A stretch of 64,000 nucleotides of DNA from Salinimicrobium sp. (lineage in GTDB: Bacteria; Bacteroidota; Bacteroidia; Flavobacteriales; Flavobacteriaceae), in contig DASSWB010000026.1 in NCBI GenBank assembly GCA_035705495.1, positions 13,206-77,205 of the forward strand. Reading direction: 5' to 3'. Shown here piece by piece: positions 19,169-26,632 of the stretch. The notes under the pieces were generated by a model. That model was not told the origin of the DNA. It saw nothing but the letters and a program-made list of their open reading frames with translations, and did not search any database. Positions within the stretch are counted from its first letter, which is position 1; every line of letters begins with the position of its first letter. The position numbers were made by a program, and so were the translations under genes.

Positions 19169-19678
19169 ATGAAAAATCTTTATATATTTTTCTTAATAAG
19201 TTTTGGTCTCAATTTTTCTCAAAATAATATTGGTCCAGTAGATAAGAAAGGATATGATTTGTATATCGTTTATGAAGAATTAGATAAAATTTTCACAAAA
19301 CCTATAGACACTACAGATGAAAATTTACACTATAGTGTTTATACCTTAAGAATCCCTAACCAAAATAATCCAAGGTTTGTATTTAATTTTAAAGATAAGG
19401 ATAGTCTAGAGTTGGGCTATACCCTAAAGGGAGGCAATGGTACGGACTTTGATTTTAATTTTTCTCACAATAGTAAAGAACATGAAAAGTTTTATATTGA
19501 AAAAAATAAACACTTAGAGAATCAAATATCTATAAATCATATTTTGGCTTCTAATCTTAAAGTATTCGAGAGAGTATTAGAAAAGGCTAATATAATATAT
19601 ATATTGGAGGTAGTTGATGAAGAAAGTTTCGAATACATAGCAAGAGAAGTGAGTTATTCAAAGGATATTAAGCTATGA
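19169..19678 (+). CDS. small exported protein P2 (uncharacterised)
   Basis: 169 aa from ATG 19169 (MKNLYIFFLISFGLNFSQ signal peptide). It starts 1 nt after the orphan fragment's stop, mirroring the toxin/P1 junction. The tracked ORF 19142 start is probably spurious. Confidence 0.6.
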   Translation: MKNLYIFFLISFGLNFSQNNIGPVDKKGYDLYIVYEELDKIFTKPIDTTDENLHYSVYTLRIPNQNNPRFVFNFKDKDSLELGYTLKGGNGTDFDFNFSHNSKEHEKFYIEKNKHLENQISINHILASNLKVFERVLEKANIIYILEVVDEESFEYIAREVSYSKDIKL

Positions 19679-19741
19679 TTTATTAAGGGCACAAGAAAGA
19701 ATATTATACCAACTGATTTATCATTTGATAATAGGTGATAG
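19679..19741 (+). repeat. remnant of a P5-type gene 3' end (FIKGTRKNIIPTDLSFDNR*)
   Basis: Near-identical at the DNA level to 21350-21410, which encodes the P5 C-terminus (YEGTRKNIIPTDLSFDNKG*). Confidence 0.6.
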
Positions 19742-20267
19742 CCGCTCAATTCTAATTGATTCACGTATAAAAAATCTGATATTTATTATTGCGTTCTTGT
19801 TTTCTATAAATGTTTTTTCTCAAGAAAAGCAGAATGTGTATCAGGATATTTATATCATGACAAATTACTTTACTCAGGATTTTTTGGGATATAAAGCCTA
19901 TTTTGATATTAAAAGTACAGATTTAAGATTCACGCATGACACTTATTTTTTCAGGATAGACTTTCCGGATATTGATTATAGTAGCCTCTATAGTTTGGGA
20001 AAACCTGTGAATATAGATTCGATAGAGGTGATGGAGCCTAAGCAGTTTTTTTACAATAAATCAAATAATTTTATTCACACAGAACTAAGTCTTTGGGAAA
20101 AAGAAAACAACACACGAATTTTTATCGTTGCTGAAATTCCTTCAAGTCGATTAAGAAGACAGGCGGATAAATCAAAAAAGCACATGATTTGGGACGTGGA
20201 CTATGTTGGGACGATGAAAGAATTCTATCAAATGCTGATGACAAAAGGTTTGTTATCGGGAGATTGA
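19725..20267 (+). CDS. small exported protein P3 (uncharacterised); start codon uncertain
   Basis: Signal peptide IKNLIFIIAFLFSINVFSQ. The position homologous to the P2 ATG is ATA here. The only tracked start is TTG 19725, inside the remnant above. Resembles P5 (IHTELSLWEK/IHNELSLIKE; VDYVGT/LIYEGT). Confidence 0.5.
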   Translation: MIIGDSRSILIDSRIKNLIFIIAFLFSINVFSQEKQNVYQDIYIMTNYFTQDFLGYKAYFDIKSTDLRFTHDTYFFRIDFPDIDYSSLYSLGKPVNIDSIEVMEPKQFFYNKSNNFIHTELSLWEKENNTRIFIVAEIPSSRLRRQADKSKKHMIWDVDYVGTMKEFYQMLMTKGLLSGD

Positions 20268-20295
20268 AAAATATCCCCAGAAGATTTGAATAAAA

Positions 20296-20418
20296 ATGAA
20301 AAACGTATATTTTCTGTTAATCGTAATATTGCTGTCTTGTGAAGTTGTTTCACAACAAACCAGATTAAGTATTTTGGATATTATAGAAGCTTTTCACGAT
20401 AATAACCCAGACTGTTAA
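20296..20418 (+). CDS. 40-aa mini-ORF with a lipoprotein-type signal (MKNVYFLLIVILLSCEVVSQQ...), possibly a truncated cassette
   Basis: Read by hand; it falls below the ORF-track length cut-off. The stop lies 2 nt before the P4 ATG. Confidence 0.3.
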   Translation: MKNVYFLLIVILLSCEVVSQQTRLSILDIIEAFHDNNPDC

Positions 20419-20420
20419 TT

Positions 20421-20876
20421 ATGAAATACAAATTGTACATATTATTTTTCATGTTTTGTTTACAAAAAGGCTTAGCTCAAAAAAAACCGCAGCTTTGTAT
20501 ATGCTTTACTGAAAAAACAAAATATATTGAAGTCAATACCAGTGAAGATTCCACAAAAACCAGTTTTACAATTGTTAGAGGAGGATTTGAAACGAAAGAA
20601 AAAAGAAAAAAAAATTTAGAAAATTATCAAGCGGGGCCTCCTTCGGCATCGGGGCAACCCAGTTTTACTATTAATTACTATACGTCAAAAAGACCAGAAA
20701 GAATTGATTTGATAAACTCCAATGATGAGTGCGAATTCTTCATTACATTAGATCAGTTCCGTCAAAAAGAATTTGGCTTTCCAAAGGGAATAGGAGGCTC
20801 TCAAGTAATTTTTTTGAAAAAACTCCCTGATGGCTCATTTTTAAAATGGAATCCTATACTAATGGCACGCGAATAA
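20421..20876 (+). CDS. small exported protein P4 (uncharacterised)
   Basis: 151 aa. Signal peptide MKYKLYILFFMFCLQKGLAQ. Late motif SQVIFLKKLPDGSFLKWNPILMARE, as in the other P proteins. Confidence 0.55.
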   Translation: MKYKLYILFFMFCLQKGLAQKKPQLCICFTEKTKYIEVNTSEDSTKTSFTIVRGGFETKEKRKKNLENYQAGPPSASGQPSFTINYYTSKRPERIDLINSNDECEFFITLDQFRQKEFGFPKGIGGSQVIFLKKLPDGSFLKWNPILMARE

Positions 20877-20945
20877 AACTGATTAATCTTTTGAATGTAA
20901 GGATAAATTCAACATTAGTTTTAATGATAAAGAAAGTAGGTTATT

Positions 20946-21410
20946 ATGAAACGGTTAATTCTTATTGCTTTATTAATTTTCAGCTTTCAATATGCTGTTT
21001 CCCAGAATGATACTATTTATCTAATGGTAGAAGATGTTTCCATTCAATCAAGAATAGGACAAGAATTATCTTGGGGGTTTTTGGTTAAAAGCCATGATGA
21101 TCGTTTCATTTGTGATTATTACAAATTTCAAATTCCAAATTGGATGGGCATTGATGAGAAAGGAGAAGATATTTTTTTTAACGCTGATCAGTTAAAAAAA
21201 GGAATTGATTTGGATTCCATTCATTTCGAAACCATTTCGTCTTTTATTCTTAATAAAAAACCTTGGGAGATACATAATGAATTAAGTTTGATAAAGGAAA
21301 TATTTATTATTGGACGACAAAATGGCAATTATTATTTCTTGCCATTAATTTATGAGGGCACACGAAAAAATATTATACCAACTGATTTATCCTTTGATAA
21401 TAAAGGATAG
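20946..21410 (+). CDS. small exported protein P5 (uncharacterised)
   Basis: 154 aa. Signal peptide MKRLILIALLIFSFQYAVSQ. Then DTIYLMVE ... KEIFIIGRQNGNYYFLPLIYEGT. Confidence 0.6.
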   Translation: MKRLILIALLIFSFQYAVSQNDTIYLMVEDVSIQSRIGQELSWGFLVKSHDDRFICDYYKFQIPNWMGIDEKGEDIFFNADQLKKGIDLDSIHFETISSFILNKKPWEIHNELSLIKEIFIIGRQNGNYYFLPLIYEGTRKNIIPTDLSFDNKG

Positions 21411-21439
21411 TGCCAGTTGTAATTGATTCACGTCTTAAA

Positions 21440-21527
21440 AAGAATCTTTATATATTCATTTTTAACACATTTTGGTATCAATTTTTCTCAGAATAACAAT
21501 GATCCCATAGATAAGAAGGGATATGAT
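21440..21527 (+). pseudogene. decayed 5' fragment of a P2-type gene (no ATG, indel, stops)
   Basis: By-eye alignment shows roughly 85% identity to 19172-19258 (AATCTTTATATATT...TTTTGGT.TCAATTTTTCTCA.AATAA...TAGATAAGAA.GGATATGAT). Confidence 0.6.
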
Positions 21528-21540
21528 GATTATAATGAAT

Positions 21541-21571
21541 AAAAAAGCCGCAGAATTGCGGCATTTTTTTT
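21541..21571. terminator. bidirectional intrinsic terminator (GCCGCA-GAAT-TGCGGC, A6 before, T8 after)
   Basis: Read directly. It closes the plus-strand island array and sits about 40 nt beyond the minus-strand M48 stop. Confidence 0.7.
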
Positions 21572-21608
21572 GAATTTGAAAATCCACAACTTCCTCGAAA
21601 CCCTAAAC

Positions 21609-22841
21609 TTAATTTTCCAAATTTTTTATTCTTTGAAAAAGAGTGGGATGTGAATAATGTATAAAAACATAAGCGGGATGCGGCGTTAAATTACTTAAAC
21701 TGTTCTTGGATAATTTTTTAAGACCAGAAATCAATGCTTCAGATTCAAAAGTATTTTTAGCATATTCGTCTGCTTGATATTCGAATTTTCTAGAGATTAA
21801 ATTCATTATTATTCCTGTTACCTCGGAAATCGGTCCGTATAAAATACCGAAAGCAATCAAGCCGACATGAAAACTTGGTTGTTCAACTCCCAAAGCATTT
21901 GAAAGCAACGGATTGTTTATGAAAAGCGAAAGCAACCACAACGTAAATCCGGTGATCAAGATGGAAATAATCAAATTGAAAATAATGTGCTTCTTTTTAT
22001 AATGACCGACTTCATGCGCCAAAACGGCAACGATTTCGGGTTCATCCAAGTCATTGATCAAGGTGTCGTACAGTGTGATTCGCTTTTCTTTTCCAAAACC
22101 AGAAAAATAGGCGTTCGCTTTTGTGCTTCTTTTTGAACCATCAATTACGAAAATATTGTCCAGTGTAAAACCGACTTTTTGCGCATAAGTTTCGATTTGA
22201 TCTCTTAAAGAACCTTCACCTAAAGGTGTTTGTTTGTTGAAAATCGGCACAATCAATTTTGCATAAAACATATTGACGAAAACCGAAAAAATCGCCACCA
22301 ATCCCCAAGTGTAAAGCCAGAAATTATCGTCGGTGATTTGGTAGAACCAAATGATAAGTGACAAGATCCCGCCGCCCACGATAATCATCATTGCCCAAGA
22401 TTTGAGCTTGTCTAAAAAGAAAGTCTTTTTTGTGGTTTTATTGAAACCGTATTTTTCTTCAATCACAAAAGTGTTGTAGTAAGAAAACGGAAGACTTATG
22501 ATGTCACTTGCGAGCATTATAATTCCGAAGAAAATCAAACCAATTACAATTTCATTATCTGAAATGGAACGTGCAATTTCATCCACAAAATCAAATCCGT
22601 CGAGGAAGAGAAAAAGCAATGTTACAATGATTGAAAATGTAGAAGAAATAATTCCGAAGCTGTATTTTTCCTTTTTATAACGCATTGATTTCTCGTATTC
22701 TTCAGCGTTGTAAATATCTTGCAACGGTTCAGGAATCGGATCGTTAAAATGTTTGGCGTTCAGGAAATCGAGAATTTTTTCAATTAAAAAATCCAATAAT
22801 ATAATTCCGATGATAATGTAGAAAAGTGTGATTGAAGACAT
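21609..22841 (-). CDS. M48 family (Ste24/HtpX-like) integral-membrane zinc metalloprotease
   Basis: 410 aa. Multi-TM N-terminus and VLAHEVGHYKKKH (HExxH). The last 21 codons are duplicated at 16527-16592. Confidence 0.85.
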   Translation of the reverse strand: MSSITLFYIIIGIILLDFLIEKILDFLNAKHFNDPIPEPLQDIYNAEEYEKSMRYKKEKYSFGIISSTFSIIVTLLFLFLDGFDFVDEIARSISDNEIVIGLIFFGIIMLASDIISLPFSYYNTFVIEEKYGFNKTTKKTFFLDKLKSWAMMIIVGGGILSLIIWFYQITDDNFWLYTWGLVAIFSVFVNMFYAKLIVPIFNKQTPLGEGSLRDQIETYAQKVGFTLDNIFVIDGSKRSTKANAYFSGFGKEKRITLYDTLINDLDEPEIVAVLAHEVGHYKKKHIIFNLIISILITGFTLWLLSLFINNPLLSNALGVEQPSFHVGLIAFGILYGPISEVTGIIMNLISRKFEYQADEYAKNTFESEALISGLKKLSKNSLSNLTPHPAYVFIHYSHPTLFQRIKNLEN

Positions 22842-22851
22842 TCAAATTTTT

Positions 22852-23436
22852 TTACAAAGTTGTCATTTTTTCGGAAACAAAAGTTTGTAATTCTTCAAAA
22901 AATAAAAGGAATTCCGATTCAAATTCGGTGTAGAAAAGTTCGAGTTCTTCCACAGCAAAATTCATTTTCGAAACATCTTTTGTCCGCAGGTTCATCTGGT
23001 ACAATATTTTTCCAATACCTTCAATGGTGGCATAACTTAAAAGCCAATTATCTTCAACCATATAAGGCATAAACTGCTGAATCCGCTTGGGCAAAATTTC
23101 AAAATTTTCCTGAAGCAGCTCGTAAAATTCATCTACATAAACATCCAGCTCTTTTTCAGAATATCTTCGCCAATGTAGCGCAAGAAAATGATCGTATAAA
23201 ATGTCGACGATAATCCCGTTGAAATGCCCGTAACGTTCAAAAAGCCGGGCGGAACTTTTCCTTGCAATCGGATGCGTATCGGTGTAAAAATCGATCGCTC
23301 GGTGCAAAATGATTCCCTTTTGTACCTCCGTTGGATATTTTTTATAGGAATTGCCTTTCACGGCATCGGCGATAAAATTACCAATTTTCAACTGATCATT
23401 ATTTCCGGAAAGATAGATGTGGGCCAAAAAGTTCAT
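22852..23436 (-). CDS. acpH: acyl carrier protein phosphodiesterase
   Basis: 194 aa with the hallmark N-terminus MNFLAHIYLSG...GNFIADAVKG. Confidence 0.8.
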   Translation of the reverse strand: MNFLAHIYLSGNNDQLKIGNFIADAVKGNSYKKYPTEVQKGIILHRAIDFYTDTHPIARKSSARLFERYGHFNGIIVDILYDHFLALHWRRYSEKELDVYVDEFYELLQENFEILPKRIQQFMPYMVEDNWLLSYATIEGIGKILYQMNLRTKDVSKMNFAVEELELFYTEFESEFLLFFEELQTFVSEKMTTL

Positions 23437-23591
23437 TATGCAAATTAACCATTTTTTAATTGTTTAAATATTCATAACTTTTATGGCTTTTTTAAATGGA
23501 CTTGTATCTTTGTTTGAAAGCAGAATTGACTTAAAAATCTTGTTTTTTAAATATAAAAAAACAGCATCAGCTCATAAACCAATCACAAAAA

Positions 23592-24980
23592 ATGACATTA
23601 ATAAAATCTATTTCCGGAATCCGCGGAACCATTGGAGGAAAAACCCAAAACAATCTTACACCTATTGATACCGTTAAATTTGCTGCAGCTTATGGAAGCT
23701 GGTTGCAAAAGCAGTTTCCCGATAAAAAACTGAAAGTTGTAGTTGGAAGGGACGCTCGAATTTCCGGCGCGATGATTCAGAATTTAGTAATGAATACTTT
23801 GGTGGGATTGGGAATAGAAGTAATTGATATTGATCTTTCCACAACGCCAACTGTTGAGGTTGCGGTTCCGATAGAAGATGCAGACGGCGGAATTATCCTT
23901 ACCGCAAGTCATAATCCGAAGCAATGGAACGCTTTGAAATTATTGAACAACAAAGGAGAATTTTTGGACGGAGAAAATGGCGCTGAAATTCTTGAAATCG
24001 CCGAAAGTGAAGATTTCCATTTTGCTGAAGTCGACGATCTGGGAAGCATTCAGCAGAAATCAGAATACATCGATATCCACATTAGAGAAGTTTTGAACCT
24101 GAAACTTGTAGATGCTGAAAAGGTTGCAAATGCGAAATTTAAAGTTGTGGTGGACGCGGTAAATTCGACCGGAGGGATTGTCATTCCGAAGTTATTGAAA
24201 AAAATGGGGGTTGAGGTGGTGGAACTGTATTGTACTCCAAATGGAGATTTTCCTCACAATCCAGAGCCGCTGAAAGAGCATCTCGAAGATATTTGTAAAC
24301 TGGTTGTGAAGGAAAAAGCCGATTTAGGTATTGTTGTCGATCCCGATGTTGACCGACTCGCATTTATATCTGAAGATGGGGAAATGTTTGGTGAAGAATA
24401 TACTTTGGTCGCTTGTGCCGATTATGTTTTGAGCAAAACTCCGGGCAGTACGGTCAGTAATCTTTCCTCTTCACGAGCTTTGAAAGACGTAACAGAAAAA
24501 CACGGTGGAACCTACAAAGCAAGTGCGGTAGGCGAGGTGAATGTTGTGCAGTTAATGAAAGATTCCGAAGCCATAATAGGAGGAGAGGGCAATGGAGGAA
24601 TTATTTATCCTGAACTTCATTATGGAAGGGATAGTTTGGTGGGTGTTGCCTTATTTCTGACACATTTGGCGGAAAAGAAAATTTCGGTTTCGGAATTAAG
24701 AAAGGAATATCCATCCTATTTTATGAGCAAGAAAAAAATTGAACTGACTCCAGAATTGGATGTGGACAAGCTGTTGGAAGCAATGAAAAATAAATATTCC
24801 AACGAACAAGTTAGTACGGTGGACGGCGTGAAAATCGACTTTCCTGAAAATTGGGTGCATTTAAGAAAATCGAATACAGAGCCTATTATTAGGATTTATA
24901 CCGAAGCTAAAAGTCAACAGGAAGCAAGTGATCTTGCCGATAAAATAATCAGTGAAATAAAAGAAATCGCTGGGATTTAA
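23592..24980 (+). CDS. glmM: phosphoglucosamine mutase / phosphohexomutase
   Basis: 462 aa. GIRGT, active-site TASHNP, DPDVDR metal loop. Confidence 0.85.
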   Translation: MTLIKSISGIRGTIGGKTQNNLTPIDTVKFAAAYGSWLQKQFPDKKLKVVVGRDARISGAMIQNLVMNTLVGLGIEVIDIDLSTTPTVEVAVPIEDADGGIILTASHNPKQWNALKLLNNKGEFLDGENGAEILEIAESEDFHFAEVDDLGSIQQKSEYIDIHIREVLNLKLVDAEKVANAKFKVVVDAVNSTGGIVIPKLLKKMGVEVVELYCTPNGDFPHNPEPLKEHLEDICKLVVKEKADLGIVVDPDVDRLAFISEDGEMFGEEYTLVACADYVLSKTPGSTVSNLSSSRALKDVTEKHGGTYKASAVGEVNVVQLMKDSEAIIGGEGNGGIIYPELHYGRDSLVGVALFLTHLAEKKISVSELRKEYPSYFMSKKKIELTPELDVDKLLEAMKNKYSNEQVSTVDGVKIDFPENWVHLRKSNTEPIIRIYTEAKSQQEASDLADKIISEIKEIAGI

Positions 24981-25882
24981 TCAATTACGGTCGCTTCTTT
25001 AGGAATTGGATAATTTCGAAATTTCCATCGTTTGTGCGTCCACAAATAATATTGAGGTGCGGCGTGAATTTGTTTTTCCAGTTTTCGTAAATACGCGTCT
25101 GTAATCGCAAACTCTTTTTCTGTTTCGGGATTGTAAGTGATAGTTTCAAAAGTTGCTTGATAGTAACCTCTTTTTACCTTTTCCACGTGGAGATAGGTAA
25201 CCACCATATCCAAGTTTTTCGCCAATTTTTCCGTACCGGTAAAAACGGGAACCGTAATCCCCATAAATTTCGCCCAATATTTCGCTCTTTGCACGCGCGG
25301 CGTTTGATCGGCAATCATTCCATAAATTCCAAGAACTCCATTTTTTTGGTTTTTTGTAATGGTCTGGGTCGCATCTACGGTCCGAATTAATTCTCCGTCA
25401 TATCTACCGCGGATGTCTTTGGCCAATTTATCAAAATACGGATTAGCGACTTTTTTATAAATCCCAAAACCTCTGTAATCATAACCATAAAGCTGTAATG
25501 CATTCATCCATTCATAGCTGGCATAATGACCACATATAAGAACGATGCTTTTGTTCATCGCGCGTATTTTGTCGATTTCCTCAAGATTAGTGAAAACAAA
25601 TCTCTTTTTGAGTTCTTCTTCGGAAATAGAAATGCTCTTGATCATCTCAAGAAACATATCAACCATGTGGTGGAAAAATTGTTTTCTGATTTTTTTGATT
25701 TCGTTATCGTCTTTTTCAGGAAATACCAATTTGAGATTGTCGAAAACGGTTTTTTTTCGATATGAAAAAACATAAAAAACGAAGAAGAAAACAAAATCTG
25801 AAAAAAGATAGAATAGCGGAAAAGGCAACTTAGAAATAAGCAGTAAAATTGGGTATGTTATCCAAAAAACTAATTTTTGCAT
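24977..25882 (-). CDS. lipid A / lysophospholipid acyltransferase family protein (LpxL/HtrB-like)
   Basis: 301 aa. N-terminal TM segment and CGHYASYEW (HX4-type acyltransferase motif). The 3' end overlaps the glmM stop by 4 nt (convergent). Confidence 0.7.
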   Translation of the reverse strand: MQKLVFWITYPILLLISKLPFPLFYLFSDFVFFFVFYVFSYRKKTVFDNLKLVFPEKDDNEIKKIRKQFFHHMVDMFLEMIKSISISEEELKKRFVFTNLEEIDKIRAMNKSIVLICGHYASYEWMNALQLYGYDYRGFGIYKKVANPYFDKLAKDIRGRYDGELIRTVDATQTITKNQKNGVLGIYGMIADQTPRVQRAKYWAKFMGITVPVFTGTEKLAKNLDMVVTYLHVEKVKRGYYQATFETITYNPETEKEFAITDAYLRKLEKQIHAAPQYYLWTHKRWKFRNYPIPKEATVID

Positions 25883-25935
25883 GGATTAAATTTCCAGCAA
25901 ATATATGGTATATTTGAGATTTAACTGAAGTATCA

Positions 25936-26586
25936 ATGGGAGATTTAAGTTTGGTGAGTATTATAATAATCGGGATTAATATTCTGGTTTCGATAAAAGG
26001 ATTCAATGATTATTCATTTTTTGATAAATATAAATTCAATACGGCAGCAATAAAAAGAGGAGAGAAAATCAGGATTTTCAGTTCGGGATTCTTACATGCT
26101 GATGTTTCCCATTTGTTGTTCAATATGCTCACCTTGTATTTTTTTGCCGAAGTTGTTATTCATTCGTTGGGGAGTATCGGTTTTTTGGCGGTTTATATCG
26201 CAAGTTTGCTGCTGGGCAATTTTCTTTCATTCTTTTTTCATAAAGACGATCCGTCTTATAATGCAGTAGGAGCAAGTGGGGCTGTATCGGGAATAATTTA
26301 TGCGGCAATTCTTTTGTATCCTGAAATGGATTTGTTTCTTTTCTTTATTCCAATTCCAATTCCAGCGTATGTTTTCGGGATTGGTTATATGTTGTATTCC
26401 ATCTACGGAATGAAACGCCAATTGGGAAATATTGGTCATGACGCACATTTTGGCGGTGCGGTTGGAGGTTATGTTTTAACCATTCTTCTGGTGCCATGGA
26501 TTTTAATCGAAAATTTATTAATGGTGATTTTATTGGCAATTCCTATTGTCATTCTTTTTGTGCTTCAAAAAATGGGAAAAATATAA
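25936..26586 (+). CDS. rhomboid family intramembrane serine protease
   Basis: 216 aa. HLLFNM, catalytic GASGAVSG and a downstream AHFGG histidine motif. A TATATTTG box lies at 25909-25916. Confidence 0.85.
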   Translation: MGDLSLVSIIIIGINILVSIKGFNDYSFFDKYKFNTAAIKRGEKIRIFSSGFLHADVSHLLFNMLTLYFFAEVVIHSLGSIGFLAVYIASLLLGNFLSFFFHKDDPSYNAVGASGAVSGIIYAAILLYPEMDLFLFFIPIPIPAYVFGIGYMLYSIYGMKRQLGNIGHDAHFGGAVGGYVLTILLVPWILIENLLMVILLAIPIVILFVLQKMGKI

Positions 26587-26632
26587 TCATGGTATTCTTA
26601 TTGTATAAGTGTAACTTCAAAAGATAAAAATT

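Noticed and set aside
23483-23668. Tracked 61-aa ORF overlapping the glmM start. Also ORF 27288..27518, which spans the SIMPL/TlpA terminator.
   Set aside because: They overlap well-supported genes or a terminator hairpin, and their sequences are not protein-like.
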